DNA from: Laetmonice hystrix | Lineage: Eukaryota | DNA length: 64,000 bases | NCBI GenBank assembly: GCA_965235115.1 | Contig: OZ249450.1 | Coordinates: forward strand, 21,080,001 to 21,144,000 | Reading direction: 5' to 3' | Shown: piece after piece, positions 13,914 to 26,300 of the stretch | Layout: the number at the start of each line of letters is the position of its first letter | Position numbering within the stretch: position 1 is the stretch's first letter | Program-made: the position numbers and the translations under genes | The notes under the pieces: generated by a model | Database searches by the model: none | What the model saw: the letters and a program-made list of their open reading frames with translations, nothing else | What the model was told of the DNA's origin: nothing

Positions 13914-14479
13914 TGATAACTTCCCCACAAAATTTTTGGGCATGGGGTTCGGGTTAAGGTCATGGATAGGGATAGGATAGGGATATGTTTTTGGGAGGTG
14001 TAGGGACCATGGTTAGGGATAAGGTCAGGGCTGTGGATCTTTATTTTCGACCAAATTTCGTGGGTTTTTAGTTATCACGGGCGATGTACCCCTCTTTGTT
14101 TTTCTCACTGTAGTAATATAGTGTTTTATTTCTATACATTTTGAACTAAATCCATGGGGTTCTAAATAGATGTGCCAAAAAACTTCACTGCACGGTTCAC
14201 TTCAAGTTCCCACCACTACCATAAAATCTGTCACTGGAATTTTAGAAAATAAATTTGTATTAATCTGGAGATTTGGAAGATAATAGAAGAAATAAAATTA
14301 TTGACTTTAATATTGACATGAACTATTACAGGTGCTGACAGGAACATTTTACATCAAGAAGGATCTGTTTTGGCTTTATTTCCGACCAAGTATCGGCCAG
14401 GAGAGCAGTCATGTTAAGACTGATATATAATTCCTTAGTTATGCTACATTAACCATTAATATTTTCTTCATGTTTTCAG

Positions 14480-14689
14480 GACAGTCCCATATTAAATATA
14501 GGCACAGGTAACAAATCATGGTGGCTCAACAATGGCATCGGTTGCCAAGTAACGAACGATTCATGGTTCGACAGCACAGCTCCGCTCCAAGCCAGCCGAC
14601 AGATCCCGCCAGAGGAGTACGTCAAGGGATGCATACTACAGTATCAGTATGTGGAGATTATCCATGCCGGCGTACAATGTATACTAGTC
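14480..14689 (+). CDS. NKAIN: NKAIN coding exon 4 (DSPILNIGTGNKSWWLNNGIGC...GCILQYQYVEIIHAGVQCILV)
   Basis: TTTTCAG acceptor and GTAAGT donor; 210 nt; SWWxxNGxGC and GCxLxYQYxE motifs. Confidence 0.96.
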
Positions 14690-15275
14690 GTAAGTTATCA
14701 TCAGTTCTATGTATGGGATTTGTTTGTCGTACGAGTGTAGAATATGGGAGATATGGCAAATGTCAAATATTGGGGAGTGAAACAAGTTAAATGACCTTGC
14801 AAAACAAGAAAATATTTTTTTGCTTACAGCATTTGGTTAAAGATTTAAAAGACAATTTCACTTGGTTGTAACAGGCAATGTAGAATGTGCAGATTATCTG
14901 TAGAAGCTATGGTCAAGGATATTGACCTGGATGACCTTGTAGGGGGGGGGGATGGCGTCCAGCAGATGGTCTCAAGAGGCTGGCCTCAAGGGGACAAATA
15001 AACCAAATAGATATATATTTCCCCATTTTGTTGAAACGAGATTTATTAGATTGGTATGTATGGGCTGTTTTATAGTTACGAATTTGTGTCAAACAAAATT
15101 CCGTGACCACTCTGAATGCTAGGGTGAGGGCTGAATATCCTGTGTATTTAGAGAGTTTAGTGAGGTCAGGAATGGGGTGGGGTAGAGGTCAGATTGGTAA
15201 CCGCCCTACCCTGCCAGTGTGTGGACTGTCGGTGTACCCTAACAAACCATCTGTGTGTTAACTTTGTTATTTCAG

Positions 15276-15336
15276 CTGATGGGTTTCTGTGTATCCTGCT
15301 ATGTTATATACCTGTTTACAGAAGAGGACGATAGTT
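15276..15336 (+). CDS. NKAIN: NKAIN coding exon 5 (LMGFCVSCYVIYLFTEEDDS + 1 nt)
   Basis: TTTCAG acceptor and GTAAGT donor; 61 nt, ending in phase 1; last TM helix followed by the TEExDS motif. Confidence 0.95.
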
Positions 15337-17016
15337 GTAAGTACCTGCCCCTAGATGGCGCACCTTGCACCAGTGTGAGGGACTTTCATGTTTCCTAGCA
15401 ACAACAAAAGTGGCCTCTTTAAAAAAAAAATGCAAACAGAAGGCAAGACTGCTTCACTAACCTCGACTTTTGCTGTAGATTAACCTTTCCTCGCGTCACC
15501 AAGGAAACAGTTGGTAACTTTGCTCTCACAGCAAGTTGGTGCAACTGAACTTCGTGATGATGCGGCTTTGTGCACTACTCCTTTACCGGGGATTTTAACC
15601 CCTTACAGATCTGACATAGCTTTTCTCTGTCCTGCTTTCCCTTTCTAATTTGGGCAGAATGTAGGCTGTTTCCATGGTTTCTGCTGTTTGTTGCCATGGC
15701 ACCCTGATTAACCATCTAATTGTGATTTTTCAGCAGTTTTATGCTCGGCGAGTTGTAGTTTGCTCTCTGTAGATGAGGATAACAAGTAGTTGTTGGCATT
15801 GTGTAGTCTATCAGTGAATTGATGATAGAGTAATGGCATAGAATACGTTCTATCTAAAGTAGTTCTCATATTATATAGAGCACATAATTAAAGGGTGCTA
15901 ACATAGTTGTTGTGATGATCCTCTAATTTCCTGTAAGTCTAGGTTGTAAATTATTAAAGATATTAACAGTGCAACTTGCCAAGTGATTTCATGTGGGATA
16001 TCTCGGCATGGTCAAAAAGTTATAGCTGTATTTGGTCATCCCTATAGTCGACTACGAAACAAATCATCTCACGTGTCACAAACACTGTTTAGTAGTTATT
16101 AGAAATAAACAAAAAAACGTTAAACTGAAGAACCCCCACTCATTCCAAGTTAAAAGTTTTCCATACCTCCTCAAGTGGCCAGGACTGTTTCAAAGTTTTT
16201 AACGTTCCCAAGGATCGGAATATGTGAACATTGTGATGGGATTGTAGAAGTTGGGGGAGACCAAGTTTACTTACACAGACACACTTTTTATTCCTGTTAA
16301 TTTTTGAATTTTCGAAAAAATTTTATTGACACCTTCTGGTCACATTCCATTTCATGGCTGACCTAAAAATTGATGGAAACCAAATTTTCGGATAGGACAA
16401 ATTTCTACCTGTAGCAAGAATAGTAGACTATTCTTGCCTGTAGTTCCAGATTTTACTATAGAAATTGAGATTTTGTGTGCCAGCCTAAAATAGAGTCAGA
16501 TCATGACCATGTTGGCTATATCAGAGAAGAAAACGAAAAATAATACCTGATATGTTTAGAAATAATTACTTGTCGTCAGTAATTCTCATTGATCTCTCCT
16601 GCCTTTTTTCTGCACAGACTGGGAATGTGAGTGACAAAGCCCTGAGAAATGCCTGAACTTTACCATTTTTGCCAAGGAAACAAATTTGGTGTTAAATAAA
16701 CTTTTAAGTGTCTTTTAAGTAGGTTTGCCTGTGTAGTAGAGTTGCCCTTGGCGTGACTCTGTAAGACAGAGAATCGTGGATTTCTTCCTTTGATTAAATA
16801 AGAATTTGACTGGTTGCTGTGTAGTTCACAAAATCTCTTGCATGTAGGTTAAGAAGTGATTTGGAACCACAAACGATTAGGGACAAACGATGGGGGGAAA
16901 TTTTCTGGTCGTGATGCAGAAATGTACAAATAAGTTGGCTTTTCTCATAAGATGATAAGTATACTGTGTTTGATCTGTATGTGTCGTATAAGAGTGTGAC
17001 TGGTTACTGAATCATG

Positions 17017-17256
17017 ATTCTCAAGCATGGGTTTGATTGCGATGCAGGTTCTCAAGCATGGGTTTGATTGCGATGCAAGTTTATTTGTGACTGAATGGAG
17101 AGTTTAATAGGGCTGCGTGGAAACATGACGAGCCGGTGCGTGAGATTATGATTGGGTCATGTCACTGAGCGAGGATTCTCATGGAGAAGATACATGGCGG
17201 GGCAGCTCGAGGAAATGTATGGAGAAGATACATGGCGAGGCAGCTCGAGGAAATGT
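17017..17256. repeat. Two short tandem duplications (31 bp x2 near 17017; 38 bp x2 near 17181)
   Basis: TTCTCAAGCATGGGTTTGATTGCGATGCA x2; ATGGAGAAGATACATGGCG..GCAGCTCGAGGAAATGT x2. Confidence 0.85.
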
Positions 17257-18861
17257 TCTCGTATGTGAAGGATCCATGTAGAGGTGTAGGGCGATCTTGC
17301 TGAGTTCAAAGTTAAAAAGTTTGATTTATCGAGTTTCATAGAATAGAACCTGGGTGATTCTTGGTTGAGGTGTGTGGCTGACTGCCTTGAATGACTTGAG
17401 TAACTTGAATGAGGTCATGTTTTGTGGGGGCCAGTTGATGCTGACCACAGGTCGGATCCTTACATAGTCAGAGTCTGTACCGGTCACTACACTGGTCAGT
17501 AATCACTCAACCCCAGGTCAGGTGACCAGTGAGGGGTGTCAGTAAGCCTGCCTCATCACCAGGGTATCCATGGAAACAGAAGCTAGCCTGTGTGAGAATG
17601 AATTAGAGGATGAATGCTAGGATCAGATGAACCTGTGTGGTGTGACTGTATGTGAGTGAAGTTCTCCCCAGGGTGGTGTGAATGACATTGATGTGGTATT
17701 AATGAATGTGAGAATGGTGGCCGCGTGCATGATACGGAATGGTTAAGTAAGGCATCAATTGGTCTGCAGTAAGAGATGCATGTATGGTTTATTCATATGA
17801 CTTTCAAGAGTTCCTCATATTTAGTCTTTTAGGCACCTAGAAATGAAGCAAGGAATGAGCGACATTGTGCACCATGTGCTGTTTTGTGTTTAGCAGGAGG
17901 TTAGGCTTGATAAGTAAGTCTTTGGCATGAGAGTTGACAGAGCACCCGGATAAGTTGACTTTACGTCTTTAGGTAGGCTGGTCTCGTGGTCTCGGCCACA
18001 GATCAGGAAGGCATATGTTAATCCAGATTACTGTAAGGATTTAGGGCCTGAAGATTAGGTCTGGCTTTGAGTTGGATTTATGGAGGAATGTGGTAACTCC
18101 GATGATGTCATGAGATTATGTAAAAATCTGATGGCAGGCCCTGCATGACCTCACCTTGAGTGAGGGTCAGCCTGTGTGTATAAGATAAAGTAAGGCACGG
18201 CTCATGATTATAGTCAGTATTAAAGGACATACAGCAAGGCTTTCTCTCGTCTTAAGAAAATCGTCTACCCATTATGTGTCAAGTCACATAGGTGGATTCC
18301 AGATAAGGTGGATTTTCAAATTGAGAAGTTTTCCCTGCGGAAAGAGTGGACAAACGATGTTGTTGTTTCACTGGTACAAGACTAGATGGAGTACCTTAGT
18401 CTCGTAGCATGACCATGCACAGAGTTGAGGGGACCAGTTCACATTCCACAGAGAACGGTTCATAGGGGAAATTACACTTGAGATGGGAGTACCTGTGTGC
18501 TTCATGCTGGCACAATATTCCTGGGAGAGACGGGAAATTGGCAGAGGTGGGGGTCAAAAATGAACGGATCGAGGAAAGGGTAGGATTGGCTCAGGCATAG
18601 TCGGTTGACGTATTTGTGACCTATATTTTGTTGTCCACATCCTTCTCAGCTGTGATGATGGCAGCTTCCTGTTTTTTACTTCAAGTACAAAGAACACTAC
18701 CGTCGTCTGTCTCAAGCTGGGTTTGAGATCATCTGTAATGCCAAACGGGTTCAAAACGAAACACATGTCTACCTGGTTTTCATTTGAAAACAACAATTGA
18801 TAGTCGTCATCCCTTCGATGCCAATCCAACATTTTGAAATTGGAATTCCGCCACGCGACCC

Positions 18862-19271
18862 TTATGCCCGCCGCACACTATACGATTTTCTTATGATCCG
18901 ATCACATTCTTGGGCTTAAGACCCACTTATGACTTGCTTATGACTCGCCTACGACGGTCGGAAGGGGTCGCAAGGCTCCAAACAGCCGATTCGAATTTTG
19001 AATCGGATCTCAAAGTGTGCGGGTGATTACGACTCGAGTCCTACAGTGTGTAGCCTACTACGTATCAATGATAGGCGTAGGCAATGCTTCCGACAGATAC
19101 CACTAGGCGGGGCAAGTGTATTTCCCATGTTCGTCACCAAGGGCAATGGTCGTACGTCCAGTCGTACAGTGTGCGATGCCTATCCAGGCTGCTCGGCGTA
19201 TGTGCGGGGCCTTATGACTCCAGTGGTATAGTGCCACCGACTGAGAATCATGTAGTGTGCGGCGGGCTTAA
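18862..19271. mobile_element. PIF/Harbinger-like MITE (about 405 bp, CpG-rich)
   Basis: Imperfect TIRs of about 25 bp: GCCCGCCGCACACTATACGATTTTC / GAGAATCATGTAGTGTGCGGCGGGC, with TTA/TAA at the ends. Confidence 0.65.
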
Positions 19272-22200
19272 GACAGTACAGTTATGGAGAATACCCCATC
19301 AGCCCGTACGGTTCACGTGGCCTAGATTCACAAGTTGCCTCGTTTTCGTCGGACTGATGCAATTAACTCCTGTCATGTACTACAAAGCTTAGAAGAGAGT
19401 GTAAGCAGGATTCGTTCATTCGTAGTGAATGAAATTCTGTTAGACCTGGCACCCTCTGAAGTTATGTCCATCGAATAGAGACTTATTGAGGTAAAATAGT
19501 GTCAAGGAAGAAAAGGTCTATGCATGAAGGATGCGTTTGTGTATCTCTCCCTTTCATTCCCACCTTCATTAAAAAGAACAACCTGCTCCGGTTGGTGTAC
19601 ATAGATTTAAGAGTCGCAATCTCGGTTGACATACCTTTGCATTACAGGAATTTCATTGGTTGTGGTCATATTATGTTGATTTTACCAGACATGGATATTG
19701 AAGCATTCACTATTGTCTAATACAATCTTTGATATCTATAAAATACCTCCTGCACCGTACATTAATGTCAAGATACATTAATGTAATAGGCTGTGACGAG
19801 ACTGGACATGACTGTGTTGTAGATCACTTGAAGGGTGTAATTAAACTGTAAATTCATGCAAGGAGTTACTAAACCATAGAGGGTTAACACAACGGTCCAG
19901 GCAGTAGTTATTGTACAAATAACCGGGCAGAATTAACGATTTTTCTAAAACTTTCCTGTCATACATTTGGGGCCATTCAGAAAGGCATAGGGGTATTAAC
20001 ATGTAAAATATAAAATGTAAACAAAAATGAGAATATTTATCATTTTGTCTTGATCGATGGATCAACAATTCTGTTACCAGCATTAGAAAATGGAACTGTT
20101 TTCATAGTTTCCTTATGGAAACCAAAATGAAAAATCCTTAAATAGTTACCATAGAAACAGGGACATATTTATAAGTCTCATTAGGTACCTTTGATCATTC
20201 GTGTACCATATTGGACACACTGTATCGGTTTATGACTTGGTTGACTTGGTTTTTACAGAATGATTGTTTTACCCTAAAATTTACTGTCTTACAAAATTGA
20301 AGGGTAGAGCATCTAGTCAGTGAATTTGAGATATAAGTATTTTTGAATATTATTATTCAGTTGTCTTTGTATGAAGAAATATTGAATAGCATTTATTATT
20401 GCGTGGTAGGGTTTTATTGGTGGTTGTTAGGAAGTCATGGAGTCGTCATTATAAGGTTACCTCGGTTGATGACCGTGTTGTCAGGGCCAGCTACGGTAGG
20501 ACGTGACAACCAATGGTTTGTTGGGATCTATCTGCACAAGGAATTCACCAATCACATCCTTTGTAACTTCAACCAATCACTAATAGAGAATGGAGGACAC
20601 TAATATTGGCGTCTTGTTCTGTGGTCAATTCCAGATTATGGAGAAATATGAAGTGGTTCAAAATTCGTTAAATATAGTTTGATTTAGAGACAATCTTGTG
20701 AAGCTGGTGGCAACCATTTTGTGGCATTTCCATATCTGGATTTGAGTGTAGAACTGATCATCACACTTGATGAGACACATACAAATTGCTGTTGATAATA
20801 ACCATGGCAACGGTGGGACTAATCTAACAAATGCATATAGGGCATCATGACTGCATAAACACATTAACAGGGTTGAATTGGTTGGTTTTGGCATTAAACT
20901 GTAACTGGCTTGGAGTGAGAAATAACCAATGTTTTTACCAAAAATGGCTTGATTGGGGTAAAATGTAGGTCAGTAGGGCACCATGTCCCACATTCCCAGC
21001 TCTGTGACCTTGACCCTTCTCTAGCCTTCTGTAGGCTTTACTCAACCCTCTAGTTGTACTAATGTTCCTCATGCTTTGGCACGTTTGGTTCAGTTGTAGA
21101 TCTCCCTCCTACTTGTTTGTACTAGTCTGTCTGCCTTTTTCCAAGTTTATGTTAAATTTGGCCCAAGGGACATAGAGGCCCTCTCGTAGCTTGTCCTTTA
21201 GTGGACTTTATATTTTCATCTTCAAAAATGTCTGACCAGCCGTTTTGATTTTTAGGTCAGTTAATGTTTTTTTAAATTGTAGTAACAGAAAAGCTGCTAT
21301 ATGTTAGAAGTTACGGTGTACAGCTGTGATAATTGTGAAAGGATTTGGTGCTTAAATTCATTTCTTATGTGTGTTTGTCTTGACACCTATCTCGGAGAAA
21401 TTAAAGCAGCTTTTAATAAATTATAATGGTAGATCTAAGGTCTGTTGTATATAGTTGTACATATCTTCACTAATAGATCTTAATTAAGAAATTCCAATTC
21501 ATTGAGAATGTAGGTGTGGGAGTCAAGTACAGCAGGTTGTCCTGTCTTGTACAAAGCACACAAAACTCGCACAGATACAGAACCTAGACTGCCTGTACAG
21601 TGAGGTTGCCATGATTTTATACATATCCCAGTACGGGGGCATAGCTGCAGAACGCACAGCAGTGTGATTTGGGATGTTCAATGCTAATTTATTTATGTAT
21701 CACCGGCCATGATTCTGTCTGATGACTTGGGATTCTAACTTGGACGAGTTGTTCTGCAGTTATGCCTGCCTTTCTGTGATCATGTAAAATCCTATCCCTA
21801 CCACACCAGGCAGCTATGCGTAGTGACCTTGACCCGGATGATTGACATTGTGACTGTGACCTTGCCTCCATCTTAGCTTTTGGGCTTGGCCGCACACTGT
21901 TTCTCATAATTGGCATTTTTGTCCGTGTTTTCGTTTCAGTCGACTTTATCGGTGGATTTGACACGTATTCCGCCTATCAGTCCCCCGCCAAGAGTTCTCA
22001 CATGCAACTACAACCTGTCTATGTGTACGTATCATCACTTGGTCCATTGACCGGGGGGCCTCCACTGCCCCCCTACCCCACAAATTTTGCACCGCACAAC
22101 TTACTGAGGGCGCACAACTCACAACATGCACTTAGTTGGTCGGCATCACACAAGTACATATATCAAAATGAAAACTAGGTTCTCTTGTTCCGAGCAGCGT

Positions 22201-22479
22201 AGTGTCAATATTTCATGGATATATTACATATCTCGGTAGTTAAATACAGTCCTGTTCATGTTGCTCATTTTCAATGTGTTCACCCTCGGCCAAGACTAGA
22301 TCATTGTTGACATTTTTCTCATCCTCGTCGGAAGAGTCGGACGTGTTGTGAAGGTCATAACTTAGTGGGTCCCTTTGTGAGGAGTCTAGGATTGGCTTGT
22401 CTGTCTGACATGATGGATTCCACGGAGGACAGTTTAGCAGGAAAAATCATTTTTGAACTATAGCATCCTGGAAAAATCG

Positions 22480-22690
22480 TTTTATAAATCATCCATTATT
22501 ATAAAAGGCAGGAACAATCATTTTCTAAATAATATCCATTATTATAAAAGGCTGGAAAAATGCGTTTTCTAAACCATCCATTATTAGAAAAGGCTGGAAA
22601 ATTCGTTTTCTAAATAATCCATTATTATAAAAGGCTGGAAAAGTCATTTTCTAAATATTCCATTTTCTAAATAATCCATTATTACAGAAG
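22480..22690. repeat. Degenerate AT-rich repeat, about 40 bp x5-6
   Basis: Recurring ATCCATTATTATAAAAGGCTGGAAAA..TTTTCTAAA. Confidence 0.85.
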
Positions 22691-22749
22691 GCAGAGTCAG
22701 TGTAGAAATGCTGAAAGTATTCATTTGGTGCCCACGTTTACAAACCTGG

Positions 22750-23250
22750 GGTTGGGCCAGTCACTTGACACATTTTACTGGAGAAAATTGTATACTGCCA
22801 CAAGAAATGGTCAGATATCAGCACCCTTGACTCTTCAACATGTATCGGACATATTTGTGCTGTGATCAATCATCAGTTGTTAGAATAACAATATGATTGC
22901 TCCGTGTCTTATTTACAAATGAGAACCTTCGCCATGTTTGAGATGTTGAGAAGAGAACCTAGGGGATGTTGAATTCTGAAATGTGAAGATCTAAGATTAA
23001 ATTATACTGTTGGCAAACACTGTCTCGGCATAAGTATCAAATATCTGGGGAGTTTACCAGAAACTTGCCAATGAAATCTTCTCGACCGTGAGCAGGCAGT
23101 CGGGACTGGTAACCAGTAAGTGGAACTTGCCTAGTTTCTGAACTAATTGCGAACTTATCTTCAGTGTAACTCTTAGTACAATTTATCGAGGGTAGGTTTA
23201 GTGAAAGGTGGGTGTCTGGGGTCAATGGCTCTGGCCAAGGTTAAGTTAAA
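22750..23250 (-). mobile_element. Decayed LINE endonuclease fragment
   Basis: DKFAISSET..LTGY followed by ISDHF resemble the APE motifs xAIxETW..GY and SDH. Confidence 0.3.
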
Positions 23251-23666
23251 CGTTATTGGTGGATGGAAGGTCAACTAAGTACAAGGTGTCTATTAAGTAT
23301 GCATTTCTCGTGTCTTGACCATTTAGAAGGGTCTGACTACCGCATATAATGAATGATCAAATATTTATATTCATGTAAATAGACTATTTAAATCACCATA
23401 TCATAGGGACATCAGAGAACCTGTAATGTACATATATGGTTGGTGTATAAGTATGCACTAGTACTACATCATGTCTGTTTATTTATGGTGCTATTTTTGA
23501 CATTTTTCATAAAATAAAGTCTAAACCTGAACCTAGGCGTTGATGTCAAGATGAGAATAAACGTGCACAACTAAATTTTGCTTTCAGATTTTCGGTTTCA
23601 AAGTATAATGAGAGGCAGCGAGGGTCACCTCGCTTGCCCGCACTGTGATCCTAGAAAGAGCTGAAG

Positions 23667-23735
23667 GTAACAGTTACAGCTGCACAGTAACAGCTGCACA
23701 GTTACAGCTGCACAGTTACAGCTGCACAGTAACAG
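23667..23735. repeat. 14-bp repeat x about 5
   Basis: GT(A/T)ACAGCTGCACA units starting exactly at a GTAACA donor-like site. Confidence 0.85.
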
Positions 23736-25454
23736 TACCATTGTCGCCTTCAGTGTGCTTCTGGTCCTGTGCTGAGATTGTGATGCGAAATGGTGCTACG
23801 AGCAGCATTGTATAATTGTGCACTGACTCTTTTTGATAAAACTGAGCGGGAATTTTCTTTGTGGGAAATTGGTAAGGGAAAGCTCTCCTAATTTAATTAT
23901 TTTTGACGTTATAGGTATTATTTGTCTGTTTGTGTGTGTGGAGATTCCTGGTATTATAAACTAATTTTGGTGTGATAAGTTTATTTAATGCTTAAGTTTA
24001 TTTTGAATGAGTAAGAATCAAGCACGACTTGTGCAAAGAGAAAGCTCTTTGAGTGATAAAAATATTTTCTTACAAAGAGATATGATTGGAAATTCTTTGT
24101 TAGAATATTCATAGAAATCATCCAAAACAGTGAATCCTTGCTAGACGGAGTTGGTTTGGTGAGTGGTTGGGTATTGGTTAGTACTTCATTATAATAAAGA
24201 TCTTGGAGAAAGGTTTATCATTGACTACTCGTGAATACATGGATGTGTGTGAATGAGTGAATTATTTGTGTGTGTGTGAGTTGCCTCAGTCTAGCATGTG
24301 CAAGGAAGCCATGTTGTGTGCGTGGCACATGCCTGTCGTTTCACCTTTTTGTGCATGTTCGAGAAACTGAAGCCAATTTGAAACGTAATATTTCAGGGAG
24401 AGGGGGGAGTTGGGCACTATGGTTCTGCATCACGATCACGAATAGCATATGTAGGTATCTTAAGCAACACAGACATCACTATGGAAACAGGGCACTTGAC
24501 AGGTATGGAGTCCGTTGCCATGGCTACTCTTGAATGAAGCACATAGCAACCAGTCTTGACGTCCTTGTGTTCCCGTTGCCATGTGTCTTTACCTTGATGT
24601 TGTGTATCGTAGTGCATTTTTTCCCCTCCATCTAGTCTGTACCCAAGCCAGTACGTATAGGGACTGCAGTCTCATTCCTTCCTGTCTGGTTGATTGCAAC
24701 CACCGTTCACCTCTCTGATATGCACCACGTGTTTTGTATCTAGTTAAAAATATATCAGTTTTTTTATGTATCTAGTAAGGCATGGCGTAACTGCACAGAG
24801 GTTTGTCAGTTGACAGAATATCTTTCAAAGACATCTATATATTGCAAGGGCCTTTTTAGTTTTTTTTATTAAATAATTTCCTTTTTGGTGGTTTTCTTTT
24901 TGTTGTGGGTCATTTTCAGTGTGGTGTTTCTTGTTAAATAGAACTATGGTTGTCGGATGACAGACCATGTTTTTGAATCGCATTTTAATTAAGAAGAAAG
25001 CATCGAAGGCCTGTAGGTCCTTCTTCACGGTAAAGTTATGCAGCAAGCTTTCCTTAGCACCTAGAGCCTTCATTTTATTCTATAGTTTCTCAATTTTGTG
25101 ACTTTTGTATGACTGCATGATTTGATAGATAGTCGAAGGACAATACAAATCGTCACCTGCATTTTCTGAAGCTGCAGATTTTACCTGTATACACATGACT
25201 ATGAAGTAGTTGTTAAATACGGCAATAAGGATAATTTGCTTTTGACAGTATCCACAATTTCAGTAATTATGTTTCAGTTAAAATATTGAGTAAAAATACG
25301 CGTTGTTTTAAGTAATTTGTTTTCTCAGACCTTATTCCTCGATGATTTAGAAATTTGACAACATATAAAGCGTAGTTTTGTTGGTTTGTGTCATGTCTGT
25401 GAAGTGACCGCTGTGTGGTGACGGCCGTAATATTGTGCTCAGGTTTCCTTACAG

Positions 25455-25843
25455 CTCAACCGGTCCACGATGAGTTGGAGTACATCAAGATGAGATACAA
25501 GTCACCAGCGAGAAGCAGTTTCCGTGACAACAAGACTTACGAGACGTTGACGACGCGATCGACGTACAGCACGGTCGATCGTGGCTTAGACGGTCCACAT
25601 GGCCCCAACTACAGTGACGACTCCATGGTTGACTTCCAACAGAAAGATAAAAGTTCGACGTTTGACAAAAAAGAGATCAAACCTGATCAACAGCAGTCGC
25701 AGCAGCAGCAGCAGCAGCCATGGACTAACGTGACGGGTTCAACTGAGGCCCAGACCAACATCCCTGGCTATGGATACAACCAAAACTCTCAGCAGCGCCA
25801 CTTTAACATTATCGGCCAGACTCAGGGCGTGACCGTAATCTGA
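25455..25843 (+). CDS. NKAIN: Probable NKAIN terminal exon: long cytoplasmic tail (SQPVHDELEYIKMRYKSP...polyQ...GQTQGVTVI*)
   Basis: TTTCCTTACAG acceptor in phase 1, compatible with exon 5 (T+CT = Ser); 389 nt open to TGA; protein-like composition. It is not homologous to the short vertebrate tail, so the assignment is by position and phase. Confidence 0.7.
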
Positions 25844-26189
25844 ACACCGATCATCCTGGTGTTCACACGTCGGTGAGAACTGACCACAAACAAGATCTGA
25901 TGGTGTATGTTTTGTAGTCAGACTGTAACATTACGCAAGCCTCCCATAATGAAGACGGATAATGTGATTGGTTCGCTCCCACGCTGGTCGCAGTGTGACT
26001 CCGCTGACCCCAGCCATGTGACGTCAACATCCAGGTCGTGGCAGTACTAACCAGCATGTCCTGGAGCGGACCTTGTTAGATGTTGCTGTGTCGGGTGTGA
26101 GAGAAAAAATGTGATGTGGCCATACCTTTACATAGCAGCTGTCAGCGTTTGGTGGTGTTGCAATAGGCCCTTGCACGATATTGGAGCAT

Positions 26190-26300
26190 TGTCAACATTT
26201 GTTGATGTTGTACCAAGCTTTGCTCAGTGTTGGAGTTCTGGTCAACATTTGTTGATGTTGTACCAAGCTTTGTTCAGTGTTGAAGTTCTCGTCAACATAT
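26190..26300. repeat. 50-bp tandem duplication with decayed further copies
   Basis: GTCAACATTTGTTGATGTTGTACCAAGCTTTG x2; GTCAACAT recurs to about 26390. Confidence 0.8.

Noticed and set aside
19648-19720. NFIG segment resembling the vertebrate NKAIN DFIGG exon
   Set aside because: The acceptor at 19648 joined to exon 5 gives an immediate TGA; NFIG is in another frame, and the downstream sequence does not match.
21600-22420. Possible LINE ORF1/gag remnant on -
   Set aside because: An acidic N-terminal stretch and scattered Cys/His are suggestive, but no intact CCHC knuckle could be read.
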